From Candidatus Omnitrophota bacterium (lineage in GTDB: Bacteria > Omnitrophota > Gorgyraeia > Gygaellales > Profunditerraquicolaceae), in assembly GCA_026387335.1 (NCBI GenBank), contig JAPLLX010000004.1, forward strand, positions 13,955 to 77,954: a stretch of DNA of 64,000 nt, read 5' to 3'. The notes beneath the pieces are model-generated. The model saw nothing but the letters and a program-made list of their open reading frames with translations. It was not told the DNA's origin and did not search any database. The translations under genes were made by a program, and so were the position numbers. Positions 49,031-62,047 of the stretch are shown in pieces (the first letter of the stretch is position 1; each line of letters starts with the position of its first letter).

Positions 49031-50425
49031 CTACTCAAGCAACACTTCTTCATCTTTTGACGGGATATAGGCGTTAAGGCCTTGCTGAGTAAGCGTAGTA
49101 AGGAGAGCCTGAGCCTGCTCCTCTTCCCCATGGACTAAGAAAATACGTTTTAAGGGAAGACACCCTGATATGAATTTCATCAGCTCATCCTTATCCGCAT
49201 GGCCCGATAGGGCGTTAATGATGACGACTTCGGCGTTAAGTTCATATTCTATCCCGAATATACGCACAATTTTTTGCTTATCCACTATTCTCCGGCCTAA
49301 GGTATCGCGGGCCATGTAGCCTACCACCAGAATCATATTCCTGGAGTCTTCAATATTATTCTGCAGGTGATGGAGTATCCTGCCGGACTCGCACATCCCG
49401 GAACCAGCAATGATGATCATCGGCCGTTTATCCGCGTTTAAGGCTTTGGACTCTCTCTGTTCACGGATAAACCTTAAGTTTAAAAACGCGAACGGACTCT
49501 CTCCCCTGGCGATTGCCTGACGGGTCTCCTCATCCAGATAATCAGGATGGGCCTCAAAAACTTCGGTTATTTCGGTGGCCAACGGGCTATCCACATATAT
49601 GGGGACATTGGGGATCAGTTTTTCTTTTAATAATTCATTCAGAAAATAAACTATCTCCTGAGTGCGCTCTAATGTAAAAGAAGGGATAAGCACTTTGCCT
49701 CCCCGGCGCAAAGTCCGGGATATCGCCTCTCTTAATTTAGATTGCGCTTCTTCAATCGGGGCATGCGTTCGTCCACCGTAAGTGCTCTCTATAATCAGAT
49801 AATCCAGGCCCTTAGGAATGACCGGGTCATTAAGTAACGGCAGGTTCTCTCTCCCTAAATCCACAGCGTAGCCAACGCGCATACTGCGGTTATCATCTTT
49901 GATATCCAGCACAATTACGGCTGAGCCCAATATATGCCCGGCGTCAATAAGTGTCGCCGAGACTCCCTGAGCTATGCAGAACTTCTGATTATAGGAGATT
50001 GGCCGGAATATTTTTGTAGCCTTGGCCGCTTCTTTTTTGGTATAGAGCGGTTTTCTTTCAGGCAGGCCTATCCTTTTATTTATTTTATTAACGTAATTTA
50101 CATCTTCTTCCTGGATCTTACCGGAATCTTCCAGCATAAGCTGAGCCAGGGCTTTTGTGGCCAGGGTCGTATAAATCTTACAGCGCAGGCCTTTTTTTAT
50201 TAATCTGGGGATGTTCCCGCAGTGGTCAATATGCGCGTGCGAAAGCACGAGCGCGTTGATTGAGCGCGGATTAAAACTAAAAGTCGTATTTATTTTATAA
50301 GACTCATCCCGGTGCCCCTGAAAGAGTCCGGCGTCCAGCAAGACCTCGGTCTTACCAACTGTTAAAAGATGGCTGGAACCGGTAACGGTCTTAACCCCTC
50401 CTAAGAATTTTAATTTTATCGCCAT
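49031..50425 (-). CDS. MBL-fold beta-CASP ribonuclease (RNase J / CPSF73-like)
   Basis: HAHIDHCG (HxHxDH), beta-CASP region and C-terminal RNA-metabolising domain; 464 aa. Confidence 0.65.
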   Translation of the reverse strand: MAIKLKFLGGVKTVTGSSHLLTVGKTEVLLDAGLFQGHRDESYKINTTFSFNPRSINALVLSHAHIDHCGNIPRLIKKGLRCKIYTTLATKALAQLMLEDSGKIQEEDVNYVNKINKRIGLPERKPLYTKKEAAKATKIFRPISYNQKFCIAQGVSATLIDAGHILGSAVIVLDIKDDNRSMRVGYAVDLGRENLPLLNDPVIPKGLDYLIIESTYGGRTHAPIEEAQSKLREAISRTLRRGGKVLIPSFTLERTQEIVYFLNELLKEKLIPNVPIYVDSPLATEITEVFEAHPDYLDEETRQAIARGESPFAFLNLRFIREQRESKALNADKRPMIIIAGSGMCESGRILHHLQNNIEDSRNMILVVGYMARDTLGRRIVDKQKIVRIFGIEYELNAEVVIINALSGHADKDELMKFISGCLPLKRIFLVHGEEEQAQALLTTLTQQGLNAYIPSKDEEVLLE

Positions 50426-50430
50426 AAAAA

Positions 50431-51954
50431 TTAGGTAACAAAAAGATTATGCGAAGAGAATTTACCGTCGGTGGTCATATTTACTCCCAGCCTTTTTAAA
50501 CCGACTTCGTCTCCGGGAGTAGGGATATGTGTCATATGTACTTCACATCCTTTTAATTCTACTAATCTTTGCATAGCCAGCTCCGCGGTGTGATTAGTGG
50601 TCGCGCTTATGGCCAACGCTATTAATGTTTCCTCTAAATCCAGGCTCTCGGACTCCGCGTCCAGTATCCCTTCTTTTAATTTACCGATTTGAGCAATGAT
50701 ATGCGGAGAAAGAAGCAAGATCGCATCGGGTATATTCGCCAAAACTTTTACTGAATTTAAAATCAGGCTGGACGCCGCGTGCATCAATTTGGAATTCTTG
50801 CCGGTAACAATCCGGCCGTCGTTTAATTGAATAGCCGCCCCGCAATATATGCCGTCATTGCCCTTACCTTTGCTTTCCGCCTCTTCCGCGGTCTTTCTGG
50901 CTATGCCCACCACTGTCCGGTCAAGCAGCTTAACCCCCAGTTCTTCCATAAGCAGGCTGACCCTCTCTGCCGTCTCTTTCCTCTCTACGCCTAAAACATA
51001 TTCGGCATTATACCGGAAATACCTACGGATCAATTCCTGTTTAGCCGCCTCCTGAACTATTCTGTCATCCACAATCCCAAAACCCGCGCGGTTAACGCCC
51101 ATATCAGTCGGAGAATTGTACATCGGCAGATTCACACTTTTGTCAAAAATCCGGCTGAGGATCAACTTTAAAATCGGGAAACTTTCTACATCGCGGTTAT
51201 AATTTATAGAGGTCTTATTGTATTTACCCAGATGAAACGGGTCAACCAGGTTAAAATCCTGTATATCAGCGGTGGCCGCTTCATAGGCCACGTTCACCGG
51301 ATGTTTTAAAGGCAGGTTCCAGATGGGGAATGTCTCAAACTTGGCATAACCGGCATTTACCCCGCGCTTATGCTCCTGATACAACTGAGATAAACAAACC
51401 GCCAGCTTCCCGCTGTTCGGCCCGGGAGCAGTCACCACGCACATCGGGTTTTTAGTCTCTATAAACTCGTTCTTCCCGAAACCTTTGTCGCTTACGATAG
51501 CGTCCACGTTAGAAGGGTAACCCTCTATCGGATAATGTAAATAGACCTTGACCCCGCGGCGTTCCAGTTTATTTTTGAAGATTACCGCCGAAGACTGGTT
51601 ATTAAAACGGGTGATGACTACGGCCAGGATATCCAGGCCCCATTTACGCAGGTCATCTATCAATTTTAAGGTCGCGACATCATAAGTAATGCCAAAATCG
51701 CCGCGGACCCTTCCTTTTTCAATATCCCCGGAATAGATAGCCAAAACAATATCTATTTTATCTTTTAAGGATTGTAAGAGCCTTATTTTTACATTGGGGT
51801 CATACCCGGGCAGGACGCGGGCGGCGTGATAATCAAAACAAAGCTTTCCGCCGAATTCCAAATACAGCTTATTATCAAATTTCTTCACCCGCTCGATTAT
51901 CGCCTGAGTCTGTTCTTTCAGGTATTTTTCGTTATCAAAACCGGCTTTAGACAT
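50431..51954 (-). CDS. DUF1846/UPF0371-family protein
   Basis: 507 aa; N-terminus MSKAGFDNEKYLKEQ resembles the UPF0371 family. Assignment is from memory of that family. Confidence 0.45.
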   Translation of the reverse strand: MSKAGFDNEKYLKEQTQAIIERVKKFDNKLYLEFGGKLCFDYHAARVLPGYDPNVKIRLLQSLKDKIDIVLAIYSGDIEKGRVRGDFGITYDVATLKLIDDLRKWGLDILAVVITRFNNQSSAVIFKNKLERRGVKVYLHYPIEGYPSNVDAIVSDKGFGKNEFIETKNPMCVVTAPGPNSGKLAVCLSQLYQEHKRGVNAGYAKFETFPIWNLPLKHPVNVAYEAATADIQDFNLVDPFHLGKYNKTSINYNRDVESFPILKLILSRIFDKSVNLPMYNSPTDMGVNRAGFGIVDDRIVQEAAKQELIRRYFRYNAEYVLGVERKETAERVSLLMEELGVKLLDRTVVGIARKTAEEAESKGKGNDGIYCGAAIQLNDGRIVTGKNSKLMHAASSLILNSVKVLANIPDAILLLSPHIIAQIGKLKEGILDAESESLDLEETLIALAISATTNHTAELAMQRLVELKGCEVHMTHIPTPGDEVGLKRLGVNMTTDGKFSSHNLFVT

Positions 51955-52105
51955 ATATTCTCCTCTGCTTAATTTTTAAGCACATTATAGTATCTAATCG
52001 CCCCTTTGTAAAGAGAAGCCGCAAGTAGAGTAAACAAAAAAACGTTTCTAGGCACTCGCGGGGGGGTTCGCCTAAAAACGCCCTGGTTAGATTTTATAGT
52101 TCTTC

Positions 52106-53446
52106 TTAAATCAAATGCAGAAATTCTTTCCCCTCGCTCCAGGGGCTTAAGTAACGCTCTATTTTAAGGGTATCCTTAACCTGTTTAAGGTTAATTATCT
52201 CCTGGGAATTCTGGGGAGAAATTATCTTAACCAGCGGGAGGAACATGTTATCTTCGTTCTCCCCTACGACTACCCCTACCCGCTTATCGCTTAAAGAAAC
52301 AATTGAACCTAGAGGCCAGACACCGATCGCCTTGAAAAAAACAGCTAATAATCCCGGGTCAAAGGTCGAGCCGCTGCCGCGCATCATTAAATTATGAATC
52401 ATATCCGGGGGATAATCCGTTTTATAACTTCTCCTCTGCGCTAGCGCGTCATAAACATCACAGATGGAGACAATGGCTGAGGCAATATGCTGCTTATTCT
52501 TGAAAGGGACCCGGGGGTAGCCGCTTAAATCATATTTTAAATGGTGCTCAAAACAAACTACCACCGGAGTTATCCCTATTGAGTCCACATATTGCATCAG
52601 GAGTTTGGCTCCCAAAACAGTATGGCTCTCCATCTGGGAAAACTCCTGGGCGCTGAGTTGTCCTGGCTTACGGATAGTTTTACGCGAAATATGCAGCTTT
52701 CCGATATCATGGAACAACGCGGATAACCCTATGTCCATGACCGCGTCCTTAGTAAACCCGAGCTTGGAAGAAAAATACATGCTTAATATGGAGACATTTA
52801 AAAGATGGGTGAAAGTCCCGGTGTCATATCTTTTTAAAGTAGCCAGCTTAAACAACTGCTCAAAATAAGAACCTAAATTATTGACAATATTGCCTATCGC
52901 CAGCTTCAAACTAACCTCATCCACGGCTTCCTTATTCATTATTTTAGTCAACGGATGCGCGATGTTACTCAAGGCCGCCTGATAGAAATTTAATAAATCC
53001 GGGATCTGCTCCTTAGCGCTTGCACCCGGCACAGCCTTGACCTTACCTATAGCTATATTTCTTACTCCGGTTAACTTTAAGAATTCCGCAGGATCGTCTT
53101 TTATCGCCTCTTTAGGCAAAGTTAAGAATTCAATAAACTTGTTCAGTTCATCCAGTTCCAGAGCGCGGTTAAAAGCAATCCTCTCTATCCCTCTATCTTT
53201 AAGGTAAAGGATCGTCTGCCTTAAGAATTTGCTTAAATCAAAGAATATCTCTTTCTCAAAAGCAAGCTCTTCTCCAATTATTCCAATAACCAGTTCGCCC
53301 TTATCCGTTAACGCCTCCTGTAGGCTAAGGTAAGCCTTTTCCACGGATTTCCTAGTAATAGGATGGTCCGGGCCATAAAGCTTGGCTGTTTGCAGGGAAG
53401 CTAGCAAATCCTTAAAAGAATCTTCTATTTTTCCGGTCATTTCCAC
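52106..53446 (-). CDS. HD-GYP domain protein (probable c-di-GMP phosphodiesterase or sensor)
   Basis: HDIGK ... EHHLKYDLSGYP. Confidence 0.7.
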   Translation of the reverse strand: MEMTGKIEDSFKDLLASLQTAKLYGPDHPITRKSVEKAYLSLQEALTDKGELVIGIIGEELAFEKEIFFDLSKFLRQTILYLKDRGIERIAFNRALELDELNKFIEFLTLPKEAIKDDPAEFLKLTGVRNIAIGKVKAVPGASAKEQIPDLLNFYQAALSNIAHPLTKIMNKEAVDEVSLKLAIGNIVNNLGSYFEQLFKLATLKRYDTGTFTHLLNVSILSMYFSSKLGFTKDAVMDIGLSALFHDIGKLHISRKTIRKPGQLSAQEFSQMESHTVLGAKLLMQYVDSIGITPVVVCFEHHLKYDLSGYPRVPFKNKQHIASAIVSICDVYDALAQRRSYKTDYPPDMIHNLMMRGSGSTFDPGLLAVFFKAIGVWPLGSIVSLSDKRVGVVVGENEDNMFLPLVKIISPQNSQEIINLKQVKDTLKIERYLSPWSEGKEFLHLI

Positions 53447-55353
53447 TTCTCCAGGACTTTAAGCGCCGCATTCCTTAATTGCCTGTTCCAGAAGAATTTC
53501 TTTTGGCTAAAAGAAAGCATATAGCTGCTGGCTACATTTACGTTTAATTCCTCAATAATCATAATATTTTCTAAAATCAGCTTATTTCTTCTGCCCCACG
53601 GGCTCTTGATGCCTAAAAGTATATCTATAGCCCTTTGCTGAGTAACGCTGTCTCTAAGCAGGACGGCTAAGGCCTCTTTCTTTAAAATCCGGCTTTTTCC
53701 TTTAAGGAGCGAAAATAGGAAATCCGGGTCAAATTCTTTTGCGGACCGCATTGCTTTAAGCGTTTCAATTTTAACCAGCTCATTGCCAAGAGAGAATATT
53801 GCTTTCAAAACAGCCGCGGCAACCGGCAGGTCAATAAGCGCCAGGGCCTCTATAATCTGGCTCAAGAATTCTAAGTCCGAAAGTTCCTGCTTAAGGTGCT
53901 CATAGAAGATATTCAGCTGGGAAGGGAAGAGTCTTAAGAATAATTTTAATCCCGGCGGACTAAGTTTTTTCTCCTGGAATATCTTATCCAAGTAGAAAGA
54001 CGCCGCGGAATAGCTTTTCTCCAAAGAATCGGCTAGACAAGTTAGGTCTAAAGAAGGGTTCTCCACCCATATATTATTCTCAACTATCAAGGTAATCTGC
54101 TTTTCGATAGTCTCCAATGAATCCGGGGAGAGCCTTTCTTTTTTTTGTTTCAATGTATCCAAGAGATACTTAAGGAAGCGGTAATCTTTTTCCTCGGTTA
54201 TATTCTCCCATTCTTTACTTAACCTGCTCAACAGTAAATCCAAGCCGCTTGTATTATCTTCCTGGGCTAATAAATTAAGGATAATCATATGGTAATTAGA
54301 GCGTAGTTGTTCGCGCTCAAATGAAAGGATTTCCGCAGAAGAAATATTCTTAAGCAAGGCGCTCAGGGCTCTACGGTATACGGGAGAAACAGTCGTATTA
54401 TCAGGGTCAGATAAGAGGTCTTTGATCTTCTTAAGTAAAACTGTTTTATTTTTTAAGCCGGCCTTTACGCTAACTCTGCCTTCCAGGCCTGAAGCAATCT
54501 TATCCGCCCTATCCTCTCCCGCCAGACGGGAGAATAACTCCAGGCTTAAAGGATTTAAGGCTTTCTCATCAGCTAACCGGGATAACAGGATATCCGAGAA
54601 ATCATTATTATCCAGGTCCTGAAATACCTCCTTTAATCTTCCTATGCTATCAGCGCTAAACGGATCCCCCGAAGATATTATGAGGCTGGAGAGTTCCTGG
54701 GAGCATTTAGCGAAGTTCTCATTTTTTGTCTCTTTTAAATAACGCAGGAAATTGCGCAAATCCTCCCTTAATTTATCGTCTTCAATGACCTTCTTCACGT
54801 TTAGATTGTTTATCCCTTTTGAGAAATTAGCCGCTAATTCATTAATTTTGCGGGCATTTTGGCTTTCTATCGTGTCCTTAAATAGATACATCCAGACATC
54901 TTTGGCCTCTTGGCCTTGCGAGCCCAATAACCCGGAATAATCCAGGTCTTCCGCGCGGATGTGCCGGATCCCGGCTTCGATCAAGAGGCGCGCCAAGCCG
55001 CCGTTTTTAATGATTTCTTTTGGCTGCCTGGATAATACGCTTAAGAAATCAGCCAATTCGCCCGCGGTTAATCCGGACCTGAATTCCACGCTTTTTATTT
55101 TGCGCTGATGTAAAATATTAGCCAGTTCCGGCACAAAGGCTAACTTTTGGCAGTCTTTACCGTCCAGCAATAACGACTTAGGCATAACGTTGACTTTTAT
55201 GGGGTCGAGGAAATTGAATAGACTCTCTATTTTTTCTTGGAATTCTTGAGCGGATTTGAGGAAATAAGGGTGCTGGCGGGAATAAGCGAGAGAATTATTA
55301 ATGGCAATGCGTAACCCTTTTAAAAACTCGATTAAGGCCTCTTCTTTAACCAT
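53437..55353 (-). CDS. Large alpha-helical repeat (HEAT/ARM-like) hypothetical protein, translationally coupled to the HD-GYP gene
   Basis: 638 aa; 10-nt overlap with the downstream HD-GYP ORF; no catalytic motif recognised. Confidence 0.4.
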   Translation of the reverse strand: MVKEEALIEFLKGLRIAINNSLAYSRQHPYFLKSAQEFQEKIESLFNFLDPIKVNVMPKSLLLDGKDCQKLAFVPELANILHQRKIKSVEFRSGLTAGELADFLSVLSRQPKEIIKNGGLARLLIEAGIRHIRAEDLDYSGLLGSQGQEAKDVWMYLFKDTIESQNARKINELAANFSKGINNLNVKKVIEDDKLREDLRNFLRYLKETKNENFAKCSQELSSLIISSGDPFSADSIGRLKEVFQDLDNNDFSDILLSRLADEKALNPLSLELFSRLAGEDRADKIASGLEGRVSVKAGLKNKTVLLKKIKDLLSDPDNTTVSPVYRRALSALLKNISSAEILSFEREQLRSNYHMIILNLLAQEDNTSGLDLLLSRLSKEWENITEEKDYRFLKYLLDTLKQKKERLSPDSLETIEKQITLIVENNIWVENPSLDLTCLADSLEKSYSAASFYLDKIFQEKKLSPPGLKLFLRLFPSQLNIFYEHLKQELSDLEFLSQIIEALALIDLPVAAAVLKAIFSLGNELVKIETLKAMRSAKEFDPDFLFSLLKGKSRILKKEALAVLLRDSVTQQRAIDILLGIKSPWGRRNKLILENIMIIEELNVNVASSYMLSFSQKKFFWNRQLRNAALKVLEKWK

Positions 55354-55376
55354 CGGATTTTTATTTTACTCCCGCC

Positions 55377-57898
<2,522 letters not shown>

Positions 57899-57902
<4 letters not shown>

Positions 57903-59428
57903 AATTTATTTTCTCTTATAAACCCGGATTTGAAAGCGGCTATTGCCGTATCCAGGCGTAGCATGAGGGCATTACTTAGTTCTTTTTTGGCTTCTATCTC
58001 AGCGGCAATATCCGGATGGTACTTATCCATATATTTAAAGAATTCTCCCTCAAATTTTTTGATTATTCCTACCGCCAGGTCATCCAGAAATCCCCGCGTG
58101 CCGCAATAAATAATCAGCACCTGTTTAGAAATAGGCAGCGGGCTATACTGCTCTTGCTTTAAGATCTCTACCATTCTCTCGCCGCGGATAAGTTGCGCCT
58201 GGGTGGCCTTATCTAACTCTGTGCCGAATTGGGTAAAGGCGACTAATTCGCGGTATTGCGCCAGGTCAAGCCTGAGCCTGCTGGCAACTTGGCGCATAGC
58301 TTTTACCTGGGCCTTACCGCCGACTCGGGAGACTGATAAACCCACGTTTATCGCCGGACGCACGCCGGCGTAAAAAAGGTCATTCTCCAGATAGATCTGT
58401 CCGTCGGTAATTGAGATTACATTTGTAGGGATATAACTGGTAATATCTCCGGCTTGAGTTTCAATTATGGGTATCGCGGTAAGCGAGCCGGCTCCCAGGG
58501 CGTTATTAAGCTTGGCCGCTCTCTCTAATAATCTAGAGTGTAAATAGAAGACATCTCCGGGATACGCCTCTCTTCCCGGAGGCCTTCTTAAAAGCAGGGA
58601 AAGCTGCCGGTAGGCCTGGGCATGTTTAGTCAGGTCATCATAAATCACCAATACGTGCTTTCCGGAATAAAGCAGCTCTTCTCCTATCGCGCAACCCGAA
58701 TAAGGAGCCAGATATTGTAAAGACGCTGACGCGCGGCTGGAAGCGCTGACAATAGTGGTATACTCCATTGCTCCGTATTTCTGCAAGATTTCCGAAATCG
58801 TAACGATGCTGGAAAGTTTTTGGCCGATCGCCACATAAATACAATATACTCCTTTGCCTTTTTGGTTAATAATTGTATCAATAGTGATCGCGGTCTTGCC
58901 GGTCTGGCGGTCAGCTATAATTAATTCCCGCTGCCCGCGGCCGATAGGCGTAAGGGCGTCAATAGCTTTAATACCCGTCTCAAGAGATTCGGTTACCGGC
59001 TGGCGCTCCACCACATTAGGCGCCTTGGATTCTATTGGCCGGAATTTATTGGTGTCTAGCGGTCCCTTCCCGTCAATGGGCTTACCTAAAGCATTGACTA
59101 CCCGGCCGATGAGCTCCTCTCCTACCGGAACCTCTACTATTTTTCCCGTCCTCTTGACAATATCGCCTTCTTTAATATCTTTATCGGGATTATCCGTGCC
59201 AAAGATGACTACGCCGACGCTCTCTTCTTCCAGATTTAAAACCATACCCATAACCTTCTCTGAAAATTGGACTAGCTCGCCTACCATTACATCGTCCAAA
59301 CCGTGGATCCTGGCAATTGTGTCCCCGACCTGGATAACCGTACCGATAGACTCCGAACGCATGCGAGTCTTGTACCTTTCCAGTTCCTGCCGGATAACCG
59401 AACTTATTTCTTCTGGCCTTAGTGGCAT
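57899..59428 (-). CDS. atpA: F-type ATP synthase alpha subunit
   Basis: GDRQTGKTA Walker A. Confidence 0.95.
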
Positions 59429-59429
59429 A

Positions 59430-59972
59430 TTATACCTTTAATGATAATAGTTTTTCTTTAAGGTCGCTTAAACGCCGACGCACCGTTCCATCAATAATGG
59501 TATTGCCTATGATCACCTGCACGCCCCCCAGCATACTTCCATCCAGATTTATGTAAAACCTGAACCGGCGGTTAAATTTCTTCTCTAGTCTATCTTTTAT
59601 CTCCCGCACCAAATCTAAATCTAAAGGAAAACTTGTTCTTAATATTGCCTCCGTCTCTCCCAGGTGCGCGTAAGCCACCCTTACATAATCAGCAATATCA
59701 ACAATCTTATCAATGCGCTGCTTTTCTAAAAGAAGTTTTAAGAACTGCCGGAATTCTTGGGAGAAATCCGCGCCTAAAACCTTATCTATAAAATCTTCCT
59801 TTTCAGTCAGCGCTACATCCAGGCTGCTGAGGATCTCCTGGAATCCCGGATTTTCCTGCATAAGAAGTTTCAAGCCTTTAAAATCCTGGGCCGCCCGCTC
59901 TAACCCCACGGTTTCTTTTGAAAAATCCATAAATGCCTCGGCGTACCTCTTGACTACCAGCCTTTCTTTCAT
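59430..59972 (-). CDS. atpH: F-type ATP synthase delta subunit
   Basis: 180 aa; operon position. Confidence 0.75.
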   Translation of the reverse strand: MKERLVVKRYAEAFMDFSKETVGLERAAQDFKGLKLLMQENPGFQEILSSLDVALTEKEDFIDKVLGADFSQEFRQFLKLLLEKQRIDKIVDIADYVRVAYAHLGETEAILRTSFPLDLDLVREIKDRLEKKFNRRFRFYINLDGSMLGGVQVIIGNTIIDGTVRRRLSDLKEKLLSLKV

Positions 59973-60466
59973 TAAAGCTTATCTACCCCTTCCAGAAATT
60001 CCCTGACCAGCTTTTTGTCCCCTTCCTGGTTAAGTTTTTCTTTTATCACGTTTTCGGTGGCCTTCAGAGTTAAATCAATGATCTCGTTTTTAAGCTCATC
60101 TTTGGCCTTGGCCAATTCGTATTTAACGCCGGCCTTGGCGTTATCGATAATCCCCTGAGCCTGTATATGCGCTGCTTTACGCGCGTCCTCTAAAATTATT
60201 TTTGACTCAAGCGAGGCCGCGTGCATTTTATCTTTAGCCGCCTCTTCAATTGACCCGAGTTTAGCATTATAATCCGTTTTTAGTTTTTCAATATCCGCTC
60301 TAGTTTCTTCTATTTTCTTAAACTCCTGGGCAATGCGCTCTTTGCGCTTATCTAAAACTCCCAACACCCTCTTCCAGGCAAAAACCCTCAGCAGGGTCAA
60401 CAAGATAAGGAACCCCAAGACCTGGGCGATAATCTCATTAGTACTTAAGAGTTTAAGTAATTCCAT
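59972..60466 (-). CDS. atpF: F-type ATP synthase subunit b
   Basis: N-terminal TM segment plus long coiled coil. Confidence 0.8.
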   Translation of the reverse strand: MELLKLLSTNEIIAQVLGFLILLTLLRVFAWKRVLGVLDKRKERIAQEFKKIEETRADIEKLKTDYNAKLGSIEEAAKDKMHAASLESKIILEDARKAAHIQAQGIIDNAKAGVKYELAKAKDELKNEIIDLTLKATENVIKEKLNQEGDKKLVREFLEGVDKL

Positions 60467-60473
60467 TTTTTAT

Positions 60474-60531
60474 TAGGGACAGCGACTATTTTTCCCATTA
60501 TTTTACTTAGGAAAAATGGTCGCTGTCCCTA
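60474..60531 (-). terminator. Long nested hairpin between atpE and atpF (TAGGGACAGCGACTA / TGGTCGCTGTCCCTA outer stem, TTTTTCC..GGAAAAA inner stem)
   Basis: Read directly. Belongs to the TAGGGAC...GTCCCTA family. Confidence 0.5.
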
Positions 60532-60538
60532 TTTAAAT

Positions 60539-60769
60539 TTATAATTTACCCGCTAACACAAACGCGAAGACCAACGCGTAAATCGTCAACGCTTCAATAA
60601 AAGCGCAACCTGTCGCCATATTGATTAATATCTTATTTGCCGCTTCCGGTTGCCTGCCTGTCGCTTCCATTGCCGAAGAAACGGCTTTACCTAAGGCCAG
60701 CGCGGAACCGACCGCGACTATGCCTAATCCTAACGGAATAGCCAGCGCCAACATTACTTTATAATCCAT
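60539..60769 (-). CDS. atpE: F-type ATP synthase subunit c
   Basis: 76-aa two-helix proteolipid. Confidence 0.9.
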   Translation of the reverse strand: MDYKVMLALAIPLGLGIVAVGSALALGKAVSSAMEATGRQPEAANKILINMATGCAFIEALTIYALVFAFVLAGKL

Positions 60770-60771
60770 CT

Positions 60772-61524
60772 TTACACCTCCTCGTGGGTTAAGACCAGTG
60801 AAAAATATATTGTTGTTAAAAGGCTAAAGACTACCGCCTGGACTACCGCGGCTAAGATTGCCAGTAACATGCTAAATACCAAAAGCGGAATACCCGCGGG
60901 GCCAAAGCCGGCCAGAACAGCCAAAAGCAGATCATCGCCCCAGATATTGCTGCGTAAACGCAAAGACAAGCTTAGCGGCCGGACTAATTCCGAAACAATA
61001 TGCAGGATAAACATCATCAGCGGAATAAACACGGAAAAAGCCAGGATCCCCCGCGGTTTACCCAGCATATGGTCTAAATAACCTAAGAAACCCAATTCTT
61101 TAAAAGCGGCGTATTGCACGTAAACAAAAACGCAAAAGGCCAACCCCAGGGTCGTTGACCAACTGGCTGTCGGAGATTTCAGAAAAGGGATTATTCCGGA
61201 TAAATTCATGAAAAGTATGTAGATAAAAAGCGTGCCGATAAAAGGGGTATACCTTCTGCCCTGCTTGCCTAATATCCCGCAGACAAAATCATCCAGACCT
61301 CCCACTACTAACTCTATTGCGTTCTGCAGCTTTCCGGGGATCATCTTCGGCTTACGGGAGGCTAGATACGCGATCAAAGAAATAATAAAAACGATAAGGA
61401 GGGAAAAGATGACATTTTGCCACAAGATTACCTGTTCGCCTAAATGGGTGGACTTGCCGACTGCCTCGGCTAAAAACGAAACTAAATTCGGCAGTTCAGA
61501 TTGGGTTTGGTGCGCTTCGACCAT
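60772..61524 (-). CDS. atpB: F-type ATP synthase subunit a
   Basis: 250 aa; conserved Arg in RPLSLSLRL. Confidence 0.85.
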   Translation of the reverse strand: MVEAHQTQSELPNLVSFLAEAVGKSTHLGEQVILWQNVIFSLLIVFIISLIAYLASRKPKMIPGKLQNAIELVVGGLDDFVCGILGKQGRRYTPFIGTLFIYILFMNLSGIIPFLKSPTASWSTTLGLAFCVFVYVQYAAFKELGFLGYLDHMLGKPRGILAFSVFIPLMMFILHIVSELVRPLSLSLRLRSNIWGDDLLLAVLAGFGPAGIPLLVFSMLLAILAAVVQAVVFSLLTTIYFSLVLTHEEV

Positions 61525-61781
61525 ATGCTTAATACTCCTAAAACTAATAAAATCGAAGACATGCCTAAAAGCAAACTTACAGCGGGAAAAATCTTTAAAG
61601 CCAGTATTAAAAATCCTAATAAATATAATACTGGAAATTTTACCAAAAGCAATAGCAAAAGCTTCTGTTTTGGCCTTCTAAGTATGGCGATCTCCAGTAA
61701 ATTAAGGGTAAACAAAAAACTGGCCATTAACCAGCTGGCTCCGACTAAAATACCCGCGCCGTAAATTAAATACTCCCGCAT
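61482..61781 (-). CDS. atpI: ATP synthase protein I-like small membrane protein
   Basis: Position upstream of atpB; hydrophobic. Confidence 0.45.
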   Translation of the reverse strand: MREYLIYGAGILVGASWLMASFLFTLNLLEIAILRRPKQKLLLLLLVKFPVLYLLGFLILALKIFPAVSLLLGMSSILLVLGVLSIWSKRTKPNLNCRI

Positions 61782-61783
61782 CT

Positions 61784-62047
61784 TTAGACCTTTTTATCTA
61801 TTCTTAAAACTAACCTGAGTATCCTTACTGATTCCCTTATCCCTAAGACAACTCCCGCCGCGGCGCAAATAACCATAAAATAAAAAGACAGATGGAATTT
61901 TTTTTGTAGATAATCGCCTAGGAAAAAACCGGCTAAAGAAGAAGTGGCTAAGATTATCGGGATATATGAAACTAACCCAGCGATCTTAATCCTTTTATAG
62001 AGCTCTTCTTTATCGGCCACTCTAGACCCTGATTGGCAATATAACAA
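61784..62047 (-). CDS. atpZ: AtpZ-like small membrane protein
   Basis: 87 aa; two hydrophobic helices; first gene of the atp cluster. Confidence 0.4.
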   Translation of the reverse strand: MLYCQSGSRVADKEELYKRIKIAGLVSYIPIILATSSLAGFFLGDYLQKKFHLSFYFMVICAAAGVVLGIRESVRILRLVLRIDKKV

